From: Clostridia bacterium
Lineage (GTDB): Bacteria; Bacillota; Clostridia; Oscillospirales; CAG-272
NCBI GenBank assembly: GCA_017482055.1
Contig: JAFUOH010000003.1
Location: forward strand, 91,703 to 155,702
Direction of reading: 5' to 3'
Length of the DNA: 64,000 nt
The translations under genes and the position numbers were made by a program. Under the pieces are notes generated by a model, which worked only from the letters and a program-made list of their open reading frames with translations, was not told the origin of the DNA and did no database searches. This document shows, piece after piece, positions 1 to 9,585 of this stretch (positions within the stretch are counted from its first letter, which is position 1; each line of letters opens with the position of its first letter).

Positions 1-408
1 TCGCGTCTTATCGACGCGCTTATGATCGAGCTGCTGCGAAATTGCGAGCAGGGAAGTGAAACTCCGGGGCTGCGTGATTCGCCGATCAGTGCGGCGATAC
101 TCTATATCCACAGCCATTACAGTGAACCAATCACCCTTGCCGACGCGGCGGAGACTGTTCATTTGTCGGCGGGATATTTTTCCGAGCTGTTTAAGAGTTC
201 AACGGGACGGAACTTCAAGAGCTATCTTATCGACCTGCGAATAAAAAATGCCTGCCGTATGCTTGCCAACTCGGAGCTGTCGGTGACAGATATATGCTAT
301 GAATGCGGCTTTGAATCATTTTCCAACTTCATGAGAACCTTTAAAGGACGCTACGGTATAAGTCCGCTGAAATTCAGAGTCGGAAACAGAACCGAAAAAA
401 TGCAATAA
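1..408 (+). CDS. AraC/XylS-family transcriptional regulator, C-terminal part (5' end outside the window)
   Basis: The frame is open from nt 1 to the stop at 406-408. The tail (HLSAGYFSELFKSSTGRNFKSYLIDLRIKNACRMLANSELSVTDICYECGFESFSNFMRTFKGRYGISP) is the classic AraC double helix-turn-helix pattern. Confidence 0.85.
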   Translation, partial: SRLIDALMIELLRNCEQGSETPGLRDSPISAAILYIHSHYSEPITLADAAETVHLSAGYFSELFKSSTGRNFKSYLIDLRIKNACRMLANSELSVTDICYECGFESFSNFMRTFKGRYGISPLKFRVGNRTEKMQ

Positions 409-500
409 AACGGGAAGAATATATTAAAAACCGCCATGTTTTGCATGACGGTTTGCTGTAGAATAAAATCAGATAGAATTTTTGGTATTCGGAGGATTTT

Positions 501-2843
501 ATGAGAATCGATCTTAACGGAAATTGGAAGCTGTACTTCTTTCATTGCGAGGAACGCATATCAGAACTGAGCGAGCTTGAAAAAAAGCCAAGCGTACCCG
601 CTGTTGTGCCCGGAAATGTTGAACTTGATCTTCAAAGAGCGGGACTTCTCCCTGATGACCTTTTCTTCGGGGATAATTTGCAGGCAATTCGCAAATACGA
701 GCTTTACGACTGGTGTTATGAGCGCGAGTTTGAAGCCGAGATTCCGGGCGGAGAGCGTGCCGAACTGGTATTTTCGGCAGTGGACTGCATTGCCGATTAC
801 TACCTTAACGGTGAGCTGATCGGATCAAGCGATAATATGTTCATTGAGCATCGTTTTGATGTTGCAGGGAAGCTTAAATCAAAAAATACACTTCATGTTT
901 ATATTAAATCTGCGGTTGACGAGGGAATAAAAATGCCGGTGGAGGCGGGAATGTCAGCGCAGGCATATCAATATGAGGCACTGGGCGTGCGTAAGGCGAT
1001 AAGCTCATACGGCTGGGATATTTTCTGCCGCGCGGTTTCGGCCGGAATATGGCGTCCTGTTTATATAGAGACATTGAAGCGAGAGCGGATCGAGGATATA
1101 CATTTTGAAACCATGAGTGTATCTTCGACGGAAGCAAAAATGCGTGTTGCCTTTAATTTTGATGTGCTGCCAAGCAGCTTGTGGAGCTTTGACGAGTCGA
1201 GCGGTAAATATAAAAAGCTATGGTGTGAGCTTGATTTTGCATGCGGTGAGCACAAGTTCACATATGTAAATGAATGCAATTCAAGCCGTGGAGTTATGAG
1301 ATTTTCAATAAGCAATCCTAAGCTTTGGTACCCCATGTACTACGGGGAGCAGGCGCTTTACACCGTAACAGCGCGGCTGTACCGAGGTGACGGCACCCAA
1401 ATTGATACGAGGAACTTCCGTATTGGTATTCGCGTGGTCGAACTTGAATCCTCAGCTACTGCGGGAGCGGACGGTAAGTTTGTCATCAAAATAAACGGTG
1501 TGCCGATCATGTGCAAGGGGTCAAATTGGGTACCGCTTGATCCGTTCCACAGCCGTGATCGGGATAAGGTCAAAGAAGCTCTTGATTTATTTGTGGAAAG
1601 TCACAGCAATATTGTTCGTTGTTGGGGCGGAAATGTTTATGAGGATACCGAGTTTTTTGATATCTGTGACGAAAAGGGTATCATGGTATGGCAGGATTTC
1701 GCCATGGCGTGCGGTGCATATCCGCAGGATGCGGGGTTCTGTGAAAAAATACGTGTCGAAGCGGAATCGGTGATCAAAAAATTACGCCGTCACCCATCAC
1801 TTGTGATTTGGTGCGGCGACAATGAATGTGATACTGTATACACAGGCAATAAGCTCGGCGATCCAAATAATAATGTGCTGACACGAAGTGTGCTTCCTGA
1901 GGTACTGCATATTTTCGATCCATTCAGACCCTACATTCCGTCGTCACCGTATATTTCACCCGAAATTTACGAGGATTATCGAAGAAGCGGAAGCTATGAT
2001 CTGTGCCCCGAGGGGCATTTGTGGGGACCTCGAAATTATTTTAAGAATCCTATATATACCGAAAGTCCCGTTCATTTTATCAGTGAAATGGGATATCACG
2101 GCTGTAATTGCACAGAGTCGATAAAGAAATTTATTCCCGAGGATCATCTGTGGCGAGGCGGGGACATAGCTATGGACAAATATTGGCTGTATCACGCCAC
2201 ATGCGTGGAATATGAAAAAAGCTTTGACAGCTATAGAATAAAGCTGATGCTTGATCAGGCTTATGCTTATTTCGGTAAAAAGCCCGGATCGCTCGAGGAG
2301 TTTTCGCTGATGTCGCAGATCACTCAAGCGGAGGCGAAGAAATACTTTGTGGAGCGTATGCGCATCAAGAAGTGGTATACCTCGGGCATTATTTGGTGGA
2401 ATATGCTCGACGGCTGGCCCCAGCTTTCGGATGCGGTGGTGGATTATTACGGCGCGAAAAAGCTGGCGTTCGAATATATCCGCCGTTCCCAGACCAAGGT
2501 CTGCATTATGATCGATGAGCCGCGCAGCTGGTGGACGAATGTTGTGCTGTCAAACGACAGTCTTGAGGAGTTTGATGTCACATATGAGGTTACCGACGCG
2601 GATGACGGCAGTGTTGTGCTGGCAGGCGAGACGCATATAGACAAGAACATCAACAAGGTCATCGGTAAACTGAATGTCAGCACAGGAGACCACAAGATGT
2701 TTGTGATAAAGTATACCTACGGAGATGTCACCGAATACAACCACTATGTGCTCGGATATCCTCCGTTCGATTTGGAGCGCTACAAAAAGTGGCTTGCTGT
2801 ATTGGCACAGACCGATAAAAAGCTTACAAAGTGGGTAAAATAA
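501..2843 (+). CDS. Glycoside hydrolase family 2 protein (beta-mannosidase-like), cytoplasmic
   Basis: 780-aa ORF with a GGAGGA Shine-Dalgarno upstream. The N-terminus MRIDLNGNWKLYFF, WCGDNE (acid/base-like) and ISEMGYHG (nucleophile-like) segments match GH2 mannosidase-type enzymes as I remember them. There is no signal peptide. Confidence 0.7.
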   Translation: MRIDLNGNWKLYFFHCEERISELSELEKKPSVPAVVPGNVELDLQRAGLLPDDLFFGDNLQAIRKYELYDWCYEREFEAEIPGGERAELVFSAVDCIADYYLNGELIGSSDNMFIEHRFDVAGKLKSKNTLHVYIKSAVDEGIKMPVEAGMSAQAYQYEALGVRKAISSYGWDIFCRAVSAGIWRPVYIETLKRERIEDIHFETMSVSSTEAKMRVAFNFDVLPSSLWSFDESSGKYKKLWCELDFACGEHKFTYVNECNSSRGVMRFSISNPKLWYPMYYGEQALYTVTARLYRGDGTQIDTRNFRIGIRVVELESSATAGADGKFVIKINGVPIMCKGSNWVPLDPFHSRDRDKVKEALDLFVESHSNIVRCWGGNVYEDTEFFDICDEKGIMVWQDFAMACGAYPQDAGFCEKIRVEAESVIKKLRRHPSLVIWCGDNECDTVYTGNKLGDPNNNVLTRSVLPEVLHIFDPFRPYIPSSPYISPEIYEDYRRSGSYDLCPEGHLWGPRNYFKNPIYTESPVHFISEMGYHGCNCTESIKKFIPEDHLWRGGDIAMDKYWLYHATCVEYEKSFDSYRIKLMLDQAYAYFGKKPGSLEEFSLMSQITQAEAKKYFVERMRIKKWYTSGIIWWNMLDGWPQLSDAVVDYYGAKKLAFEYIRRSQTKVCIMIDEPRSWWTNVVLSNDSLEEFDVTYEVTDADDGSVVLAGETHIDKNINKVIGKLNVSTGDHKMFVIKYTYGDVTEYNHYVLGYPPFDLERYKKWLAVLAQTDKKLTKWVK

Positions 2844-2881
2844 AAAATTGCCGCAGGTTGCACAAGCCTGCGGCAATTTTT
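2842..2881. terminator. Bidirectional rho-independent terminator between GH2 (+) and esterase (-)
   Basis: Perfect 11-bp stem ATTGCCGCAGG / CCTGCGGCAAT with a 9-nt loop, flanked by an A-run on the left and a T-run on the right. Confidence 0.8.
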
Positions 2882-2882
2882 G

Positions 2883-3638
2883 TCAATTGAATCTTGTATC
2901 TATAAAATCGGCGATCATCTTGCCGAACTCATGAACTCCGTTTTCGTCGGCGGGACGTGAGACATACGCGCAGTGATTTCCGTGCATGACCTCCAGGCGT
3001 ATCTTATCCTCCGAATAGCGGAAATGCTTCAAGGTGGAGAGCATAAGCATGGTCTGCTCATAGCGATTTTCCATGTCGTTGTCGGAGACGATAAACATCA
3101 TGGGCGCATAGGCGGGGGACTTACCGATGTGATACAGCGGAGCCGCTTCATCAACGACAATTTTTCGGGTGTCCTCTCCGTATTCGCGCAGGACGTTGAA
3201 ATGCTTTGTGGGCTGTCCCGCATCGTGTACGAAGCCCGCAAGGGTGTCCGGATCTATATTGTAGGGCGCGAGATACCGCTTGTCGAAGCACAGCATCATT
3301 GAAAGATATCCGCCTGCAGAGCTTCCGCCCACATATATGCGGTCATTTCCGCCGTACTTGCAGATCTGTTCCTTTACAAATGCAACCGCACAGGCGGCGT
3401 CCATGATGAACTCGGGATACCGTGCGGTAGGGTACATGCGGTAATTTGCCGTTGCGAGGGCGATACCGCGAGACGTCAGATATGTACCGAGCCCGTCTTG
3501 AGCCTTATCGCCACTTTCCAATCCTCCGCCGTGGAAATAGACAAAGGTGGGGAAGCCTGTCCCCTCGGGCAGGTACAGGTCCAGTTTTTTGGCGGGATGA
3601 CCGTCGGCGCAGTAGGAAATATCACGTATTAGCTTCAT
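2883..3638 (-). CDS. Alpha/beta-hydrolase fold esterase/lipase
   Basis: It has an HGGG oxyanion motif (VYFHGGGLESG) and a GxSxG nucleophile elbow (GGSSAGG). I moved the start to the internal ATG at 3638 (MKLIRDISY..), which is preceded by GAAAGGTG. The ORF-track start at 3701 has no SD. Confidence 0.7.
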   Translation of the reverse strand: MKLIRDISYCADGHPAKKLDLYLPEGTGFPTFVYFHGGGLESGDKAQDGLGTYLTSRGIALATANYRMYPTARYPEFIMDAACAVAFVKEQICKYGGNDRIYVGGSSAGGYLSMMLCFDKRYLAPYNIDPDTLAGFVHDAGQPTKHFNVLREYGEDTRKIVVDEAAPLYHIGKSPAYAPMMFIVSDNDMENRYEQTMLMLSTLKHFRYSEDKIRLEVMHGNHCAYVSRPADENGVHEFGKMIADFIDTRFN

Positions 3639-3788
3639 AGCTTTTTTCACCTTTCTTATCATAAACCAATATGTTGATGTCAGATATATATTTTTGCCCA
3701 AAACGGTTGAGATTTGTTACACTATGTGATATAATGTAAATATATTATATATCATAATCGGCTCTATGTCAAGTAGGTCTGCTATCAC

Positions 3789-5183
3789 TCAGAAGGCTCT
3801 CATGATCTCCTCATCGCTCAGATAATAATACAGGCTGTAATTGGCGTTGTGGAAATTCTCCGCCCCGTTGAAGGCGGAACGTATCGTCATACGGACACCG
3901 TCCTCCTCTGCGATACAGCAGGGATACTGGAAGCCGTATAGCGCGGGATCATGATCCCGAAAATCTATGAGATCCTTAACAAGCCTGAAACTCTTCAGAT
4001 CCTCGCTGACAAAAGCGGACAAAACATTGCGGTACTTGCCGCCACTAAAAAGCGTGGCTGTCTCATCGGTTTTTCGGTTGGTGATCAGCAGATATTTTCC
4101 CTTGTAGGGGAAAATTCGGAACATGGATGTGGTGACAGGCGCCTCCTCGATCGCGATATATTCCGGCGGCGCATCGGGAGCCTCCGTGTTCACCCGCATC
4201 TTAAGCCACTCGTTCACCTTATAACGCATGATGTCATACAGAACGCCGTCGGGACCGACCACAAGATTACCTTCGATGGACTCTCCCTTGATTATACTGT
4301 TTTCCTTCCACTTGCCGTTATACTGTGCAAGCTCGGAGAAGCTCCAGCTTTCCGTACACATCAGATCAGCATCCTCATCCACCGACAGAACGCCCGGCAG
4401 ATGACCGTCGGATAAGCCCCAGTTTCCGTATTCAAACGAGGTGTACAGCCGTCCCCCGAAGCGGGTGAGCTGCATAGGTGTGTGCTGGATCCCACCGCCG
4501 CGACAGCACCAAGAGGTGCCATAGAAAAGAAGGGTCGGATCCGACCAGCTTTCCCCCTCATCCTCCGAGCGCACGATATAGAGGTCGCCGTATTCCTGCG
4601 TCTGACCGAGGGCATAGACCGCTCCCTTATGCAGAAAAAGATTCGCCCAGTAGAAGGGATGCAGATCCGTCAGATATCGCCAGTTTTTTCCGTTATCGTC
4701 CGAGAAAAAGAGGATTGTGGTGTTCTGTCCGGCTTTCGGAGCGAACAGATCCATACCGGCAAGAAGTCGTCCGCTTTCCAAGCGCACCAGTGATGGACTG
4801 CACAGGCAGTTACCGCTGAAATCGTATTGGGTATCCTGCGGATGCAGATAGTTGATCACCACAGCCCCCTCGGGAACCTGAGAGGTTATAAACAGACGCA
4901 CATTGCTTACAAGTCCCGTAGGGCTTTCGATGAAAAGCTCATATTCGGTATTTTCGCAAAGTTTATCTGCGGTGACGGTGGCTTCCGTGATCGGAATCCG
5001 TCTGCCGGATTCTTCGCCGCGCTTTCTGATGACCAGCCGATGGACACCGTCCTCTTTGGCTATCCATTCCAGTGTGACCGAGTCGGCTCCCGGTGCCAAT
5101 CGGCAGATATACGGTCGTGCCGCATCCGCCAACCGATTGTATGGGATATAGGGTCTGTGATGAATCGCTCGGCTTCCTTTCAT
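3789..5183 (-). CDS. BNR/Asp-box repeat protein, sialidase-like beta-propeller, no signal peptide
   Basis: 464 aa with Asp-box-like motifs SDDNGKNW and SEDEGESWSDP. The start overlaps the stop of the upstream aldolase gene (ATGA at 5180-5183). Confidence 0.55.
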   Translation of the reverse strand: MKGSRAIHHRPYIPYNRLADAARPYICRLAPGADSVTLEWIAKEDGVHRLVIRKRGEESGRRIPITEATVTADKLCENTEYELFIESPTGLVSNVRLFITSQVPEGAVVINYLHPQDTQYDFSGNCLCSPSLVRLESGRLLAGMDLFAPKAGQNTTILFFSDDNGKNWRYLTDLHPFYWANLFLHKGAVYALGQTQEYGDLYIVRSEDEGESWSDPTLLFYGTSWCCRGGGIQHTPMQLTRFGGRLYTSFEYGNWGLSDGHLPGVLSVDEDADLMCTESWSFSELAQYNGKWKENSIIKGESIEGNLVVGPDGVLYDIMRYKVNEWLKMRVNTEAPDAPPEYIAIEEAPVTTSMFRIFPYKGKYLLITNRKTDETATLFSGGKYRNVLSAFVSEDLKSFRLVKDLIDFRDHDPALYGFQYPCCIAEEDGVRMTIRSAFNGAENFHNANYSLYYYLSDEEIMRAF

Positions 5184-5959
5184 CTTCGTTCCCCTTTCTG
5201 AATCTCCTTCAGCGTTTTCAGTGTCCGCAGACCGCCATCGCGTATATACTCAAAATCCGCACCGCTGAAGATCAGATTCACGCCCATGTCACGGTAGCGG
5301 GTCAGCGTTTCCTTATCGGTGGCGCAGGTAGATACACCTACCGTCTTTCCGTGCTTTTTGAATGCCTCGATCGCCATTTTTGCCAGCGTAAGGTTCTCCT
5401 CGCAGAAAACATCGCCGAGCCGACCGATCGAACCGGACAGATCGTGCATTCCCAGAATGCATCCGTCAAGATGCGGGAGCGCGGCAATATTTTCCGCGTC
5501 CTCTGCCGCCGACTTAAGTTCAATCTGAACGAATCGGCACATTTTCAGATGTCCATCTCCATAATAATGCGGCTCATTGTCCATGCCGTAGCGCACCGCA
5601 CGCTTGGGGCCGCATCCGCGCTTGCCATAGGGCGGATAGAGCGTCCACGACAGCAGCTCCTTTGCGTGCTCGCTGTCACGTACCATCGGAAATACGATGG
5701 CATCCGGTCCCATCTCCAGTACTCGCTTGGTGTTGGTCAGATCGCTTACCGGAACACGTACCATCACCGGTGTTCCCGCCGCAGCGGCAGCCAGCATATG
5801 TGCGTGTACCTGCTCGCAGGTCAAGGTGGTGTGCTCCATATCGATCCACACCATGTCGTAGCCCATATCTGCCAGAATTTCCGTAACCGCAAAATCGCCA
5901 AAATGAACATGGCATCCGCAAAGCGCCTCACGCGCCGCAATTCTTTCTTTGATCGTCAT
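5180..5959 (-). CDS. HpcH/HpaI-family (class II) 2-keto-3-deoxy-acid aldolase
   Basis: FGDFAVTEILADMGYDMVWIDMEHTTLTCEQVHAHMLAAAAAG is the typical HpcH/HpaI N-terminal core. The start is set to ATG 5959 (MTIKERIAAR..), preceded by GAGGAG. The ORF-track start at 6085 adds 42 unsupported codons. Confidence 0.75.
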   Translation of the reverse strand: MTIKERIAAREALCGCHVHFGDFAVTEILADMGYDMVWIDMEHTTLTCEQVHAHMLAAAAAGTPVMVRVPVSDLTNTKRVLEMGPDAIVFPMVRDSEHAKELLSWTLYPPYGKRGCGPKRAVRYGMDNEPHYYGDGHLKMCRFVQIELKSAAEDAENIAALPHLDGCILGMHDLSGSIGRLGDVFCEENLTLAKMAIEAFKKHGKTVGVSTCATDKETLTRYRDMGVNLIFSGADFEYIRDGGLRTLKTLKEIQKGERR

Positions 5960-6078
5960 AATAATTTCTCCTCGGTTTGTATCAAAATGGATCGTGCCGT
6001 ACTGATTATAGCATGACCGAGGTGTTTTTTCAAGAAAGGAGACAGACATATTTTTTGTAAGTATGTCGTAATCGTGCA

Positions 6079-6927
6079 ATGACATCTCGATTCACCGAGC
6101 TATATACCATGGAAAAGAATGACATTATCTGCAATTTTGTAATTACTGAAGCTTTCATCGAGGGCATTCGCTCCAGCGAGAATTACCATTTTCACTCCTG
6201 TTATGAGTTGTATGCCGTGAGGAAAGGACGAATGAGAATTGCGGCAGAGCATCGGAAATATCTTTTGAATGAAGGCGACATCGCTATCGTTCCGCCGAGA
6301 ATCACCCATTATGTCTACGAGGATACCGCTTCCGAGCGAACCGGCTTTCTGTTTGATTTTGCGCCGTCCCAAAAGGGAGCGGACGGGACATTCTTTCCCG
6401 AATTCCGAAATGCCTTTCAGCCGATCTGCGACATCACCGTTTTGAAATGCTTCGGTCTGTACGATGGGTATCTGTCGTCCGCCATACGCACCGTCGCAAG
6501 CAGAGAGCCGCGGTATGCGACAGAGGAGCTGCTGTTTTTGACGCTCGATTATGTCAGACGTCATCTCGGCGGCAAACAGACGCCGAAAAGCGATGCCACC
6601 AAGCCTTCGAATGCACTTCTCGCCGTGCGCATCGAAAATTTTATGAATCGCGCCTATGCCGATCATCCTAATATTGCCGAGCTGGCGGATCAGCTGGGAT
6701 ACAGTGTCCGACAGACTCAGCGCATCCTCGTACGGCTGTTCGGCATGAGCTTCTCCCGACTTTTAACCAAGAAGCGAGTCGCTGCCGTCTGCTTCCTACT
6801 GCGTAATACCGATAGGACATTGGAGGAAATTGCGATGCAGACCGGATTCTGCAGTCTGAGCCATCTCTGTCACGCCTTCAGACAGGCAATGGGCACGACG
6901 CCTCTCGCTTACCGCAATGCAAAATAG
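6079..6927 (+). CDS. AraC-family transcriptional regulator (cupin-like sensor domain plus HTH), divergent from the aldolase/BNR operon
   Basis: C-terminal HTH pattern (IAELADQLGYSVRQTQRILVRLFGMSFSRLL .. IAMQTGFCSLSHLCHAFRQAMGTTPLAYR). The N-terminal segment GDIAIVPPRITHYV is cupin-like. An alternative start at ATG 6109 is possible. Confidence 0.8.
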   Translation: MTSRFTELYTMEKNDIICNFVITEAFIEGIRSSENYHFHSCYELYAVRKGRMRIAAEHRKYLLNEGDIAIVPPRITHYVYEDTASERTGFLFDFAPSQKGADGTFFPEFRNAFQPICDITVLKCFGLYDGYLSSAIRTVASREPRYATEELLFLTLDYVRRHLGGKQTPKSDATKPSNALLAVRIENFMNRAYADHPNIAELADQLGYSVRQTQRILVRLFGMSFSRLLTKKRVAAVCFLLRNTDRTLEEIAMQTGFCSLSHLCHAFRQAMGTTPLAYRNAK

Positions 6928-7091
6928 TAAAAGGGCTGCTGCTTTTAGTGGATGTTATGCAAGGCATACACTAAATACAACAGTCCTTTATCTTGTTTAG
7001 GGTTTAATGCAGCAGTACCTTAGGCTTGTCAATAGCCATGTGAGTCTCAGAGGTGAAGTATTGCCTTTGCCCGGAGCTCATATATCAGGCA

Positions 7092-7907
7092 TTACGAGTA
7101 AAAATCGTGACTGCCCACGGTGGTGAGATACGGACGGTTATTGGGAACCCAGAAATTTGTGGCGATGGACGGATTCAGAAAATACAGCGCCGAACGGGAT
7201 ATATAATAGGAATCAAGACAGAGCTTTGCGGCGATGATGCTTTCCTCGGTGGGGGTGTTGTATACAGAGCCGTTTACGGTGGGAGTAAACTGCACACCGT
7301 GCTCGCGGTCAAAGATAACGCCGTATATGGTGTTCGGAAAATCACTGCTTTCCACACGGTTAAGTATAACGTTGCCAACGAGCACCTTGCCCTCCATCGG
7401 CTCACCTAACGCTTCCGCATTGATTATGCGGGACAGCCAATAGACCTCATCGGAGCTGTAGTAGCTGTCACCATGGGTGAGCGTGTCGCCCTCGGCTGCA
7501 TACAGATCCACCGAACGCGTTGAGTCATGCCACACTACATCGGCGTTGTATATCTTGGCAAGCGAGCGTATCGGTACATACAGCATTCCGCTGACCACGA
7601 TGCTGTTATTTGCACCGATGTAGCGTCCTTCTGCTTCAATATAGCAGTCGCCCTCCCGTGCGCTGATGGTAGCGAACGGTGTAACGGCACGCATTGCTTC
7701 AGCAGTACCGTGTATTTCCGCGGTTCCTCCCGAGAGAACCTCGTTTGCTTCATCAAACGGCACATATGTAGTCGTGCCGATGAGCAGTGCGCCGATCTCG
7801 GTGTCCGTGCCGTTTAAGCGGATGTCTACCTTTTCGTGTGCCGCGACTGTGCAGGACAGCATTGCAGCACAGAGCAGTGTTGAGAGTATTACTTTGATCT
7901 TCTTCAT
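7092..7907 (-). CDS. Secreted SleB/CwlJ-type cell-wall (spore-cortex) hydrolase with copper-amine-oxidase-N-like stalk domain
   Basis: Signal peptide MKKIKVILSTLLCAAMLSCTVAA. The C-terminal segment YWLSRIINAEALGEPMEGKVLVGNVILNRVESSDFPNTIYGVIFDREHGVQFTP is the Hydrolase_2 (SleB) signature. Confidence 0.75.
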   Translation of the reverse strand: MKKIKVILSTLLCAAMLSCTVAAHEKVDIRLNGTDTEIGALLIGTTTYVPFDEANEVLSGGTAEIHGTAEAMRAVTPFATISAREGDCYIEAEGRYIGANNSIVVSGMLYVPIRSLAKIYNADVVWHDSTRSVDLYAAEGDTLTHGDSYYSSDEVYWLSRIINAEALGEPMEGKVLVGNVILNRVESSDFPNTIYGVIFDREHGVQFTPTVNGSVYNTPTEESIIAAKLCLDSYYISRSALYFLNPSIATNFWVPNNRPYLTTVGSHDFYS

Positions 7908-7927
7908 TAAAAACCTCCTTCATACTT

Positions 7928-7960
7928 AAAAAACGCAGACGGCAGTGTGTGCCGTCTGCG
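7928..7960 (-). terminator. Rho-independent terminator of proS
   Basis: 11-bp stem CGCAGACGGCA / TGCCGTCTGCG with a 5-nt loop, followed on the minus strand by a run of 6 T. Confidence 0.8.
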
Positions 7961-8044
7961 TATATTTTATCATAAATGAGGGAGAATTTCAACGCACAAT
8001 ATATGGGTTGGAATCTGAGTGAAGTATTTCCTATGCGAAATACA

Positions 8045-9484
8045 TCAATATGCTTTTCCCCAATAAACAAGCTGCTTTGCGGGCTTGCCGCAGCATACGC
8101 ACTTGTCGCCGATCGCTTCTTCCCCGAGCGGGATGCAGCGAGAACCTACACCGGTAACTTCCTTGACCTTATCTTCGCATTCGGGATCGCCGCACCACAT
8201 TGCGCGAACGAAGCCATCGCCGTTCTCGGCGAGCTTTTCGATGATCTCATCCATGGTCTCGCAATTGTAGGTACGCTTTTCGCGGTTTGCGAGCGCTTTT
8301 GCGTACAGACCGTCGCGAACTGCCTGCAGCTTTTCTGCTACTGCCGCTTCGAGGTTGTCGAGGCTGACAACAGTCTTTTCGCGGTCATGGCGGGTCACGA
8401 TCACGCACTGATTCGCTTCGATATCGTGGGGACCGATCTCTATGCGTACAGGTACGCCCTTCATTTCGTACTCTGCATACTTCCATCCGGGCGAGTTGTC
8501 GGAATCGTCTAACTTCACACGGAAGTCGCTCTTCAGTCTGTCAGCAAGTCCTTGTGCTGCTTCGATAACGCCGGGCTTGTGTGCCGCAACGGGGATTATG
8601 ACCACCTGGATAGGTGCTACCGCAGGCGGCAGAACGAGTCCGTTATCGTCGCCGTGTGTCATGATGATACCGCCGATCATACGGGTAGTAACGCCCCACG
8701 AGGTCTGGAAGGGATGGACTATCTTGTTTTCCTTATCGGTATATGTGATATCAAACGCCTTTGCAAAGCCGTCGCCGAAGTAGTGAGATGTACCTGCCTG
8801 GAGCGCCTTACCGTCGTGCATGAGTGCTTCGATAGCATAAGTATCCTCAGCTCCCGCAAACTTATCGGACGGAGTCTTTGCGCCCTTGATAACGGGAATT
8901 GCGAGATCCTGCTCGTGGAAATCCGCATAGACGTTGAGCATTTGTACAGTCTCGGCTCTTGCTTCCTCGGCGGTTGCGTGCATGGTATGACCTTCCTGCC
9001 ACAGGAACTCGCGGGAGCGCAGGAACGGGCGAGTGGTCTTTTCCCATCTTACTACCGAGCACCACTGATTGTAGAGCTTGGGAAGGTCGCGATAAGAATG
9101 GATGATGTTTGCGTAGTGCTCGCAGAACAGAGTTTCGGAGGTAGGGCGCACACACATACGCTCGGTCAGTCTCTCACTGCCGCCGTGAGTCACCCATGCA
9201 ACCTCGGGTGCGAAGCCTGCAACATGATCCTTTTCTTTCTGAAGAAGAGATTCGGGAATGAACATCGGCATATAGATGTTCTCATGCCCCAGCTCTTTGA
9301 AGCGGGTGTCGAGAATTTTTTGAATGTTTTCCCAGATAGCGTAGCCGTAGGGGCGGATTATCATGCAGCCCTTTACGCTGGAATAGTCGATAAGATCGGC
9401 TTTTTTGCAAATATCGGTGTACCACTGCGCGAAGTCAACATCCATGGAGGTTATCGCTTCGACCAGCTTTTTATCGTTTGCCAT
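8045..9484 (-). CDS. proS: Proline--tRNA ligase (archaeal/eukaryote-like short form)
   Basis: 479 aa. The N-terminus [38 protein letters not shown] and the C-terminal Cys-containing domain are typical of the short ProRS form lacking the INS editing domain. Confidence 0.9.
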   Translation of the reverse strand: MANDKKLVEAITSMDVDFAQWYTDICKKADLIDYSSVKGCMIIRPYGYAIWENIQKILDTRFKELGHENIYMPMFIPESLLQKEKDHVAGFAPEVAWVTHGGSERLTERMCVRPTSETLFCEHYANIIHSYRDLPKLYNQWCSVVRWEKTTRPFLRSREFLWQEGHTMHATAEEARAETVQMLNVYADFHEQDLAIPVIKGAKTPSDKFAGAEDTYAIEALMHDGKALQAGTSHYFGDGFAKAFDITYTDKENKIVHPFQTSWGVTTRMIGGIIMTHGDDNGLVLPPAVAPIQVVIIPVAAHKPGVIEAAQGLADRLKSDFRVKLDDSDNSPGWKYAEYEMKGVPVRIEIGPHDIEANQCVIVTRHDREKTVVSLDNLEAAVAEKLQAVRDGLYAKALANREKRTYNCETMDEIIEKLAENGDGFVRAMWCGDPECEDKVKEVTGVGSRCIPLGEEAIGDKCVCCGKPAKQLVYWGKAY

Positions 9485-9585
9485 TTTGAATATATCCTTT
9501 CATACGTTTTATATCGAATAATATTATTATACCTTGAAATATTCCGTATGTCAATAGTTACCCGAAAATTCGGCGAGGTGCAAAA

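Noticed and set aside
5093-6016. 307-aa plus-strand ORF overlapping the aldolase gene
   Set aside because: It is antisense to a well-supported HpcH/HpaI aldolase and its translation is Arg/His/Cys-rich nonsense.
9485-9585. Possible T-box leader upstream of proS
   Set aside because: The whole intergenic region is only 101 nt and AT-rich, with no specifier-loop, T-box or terminator arrangement. It is too short for a T-box riboswitch.
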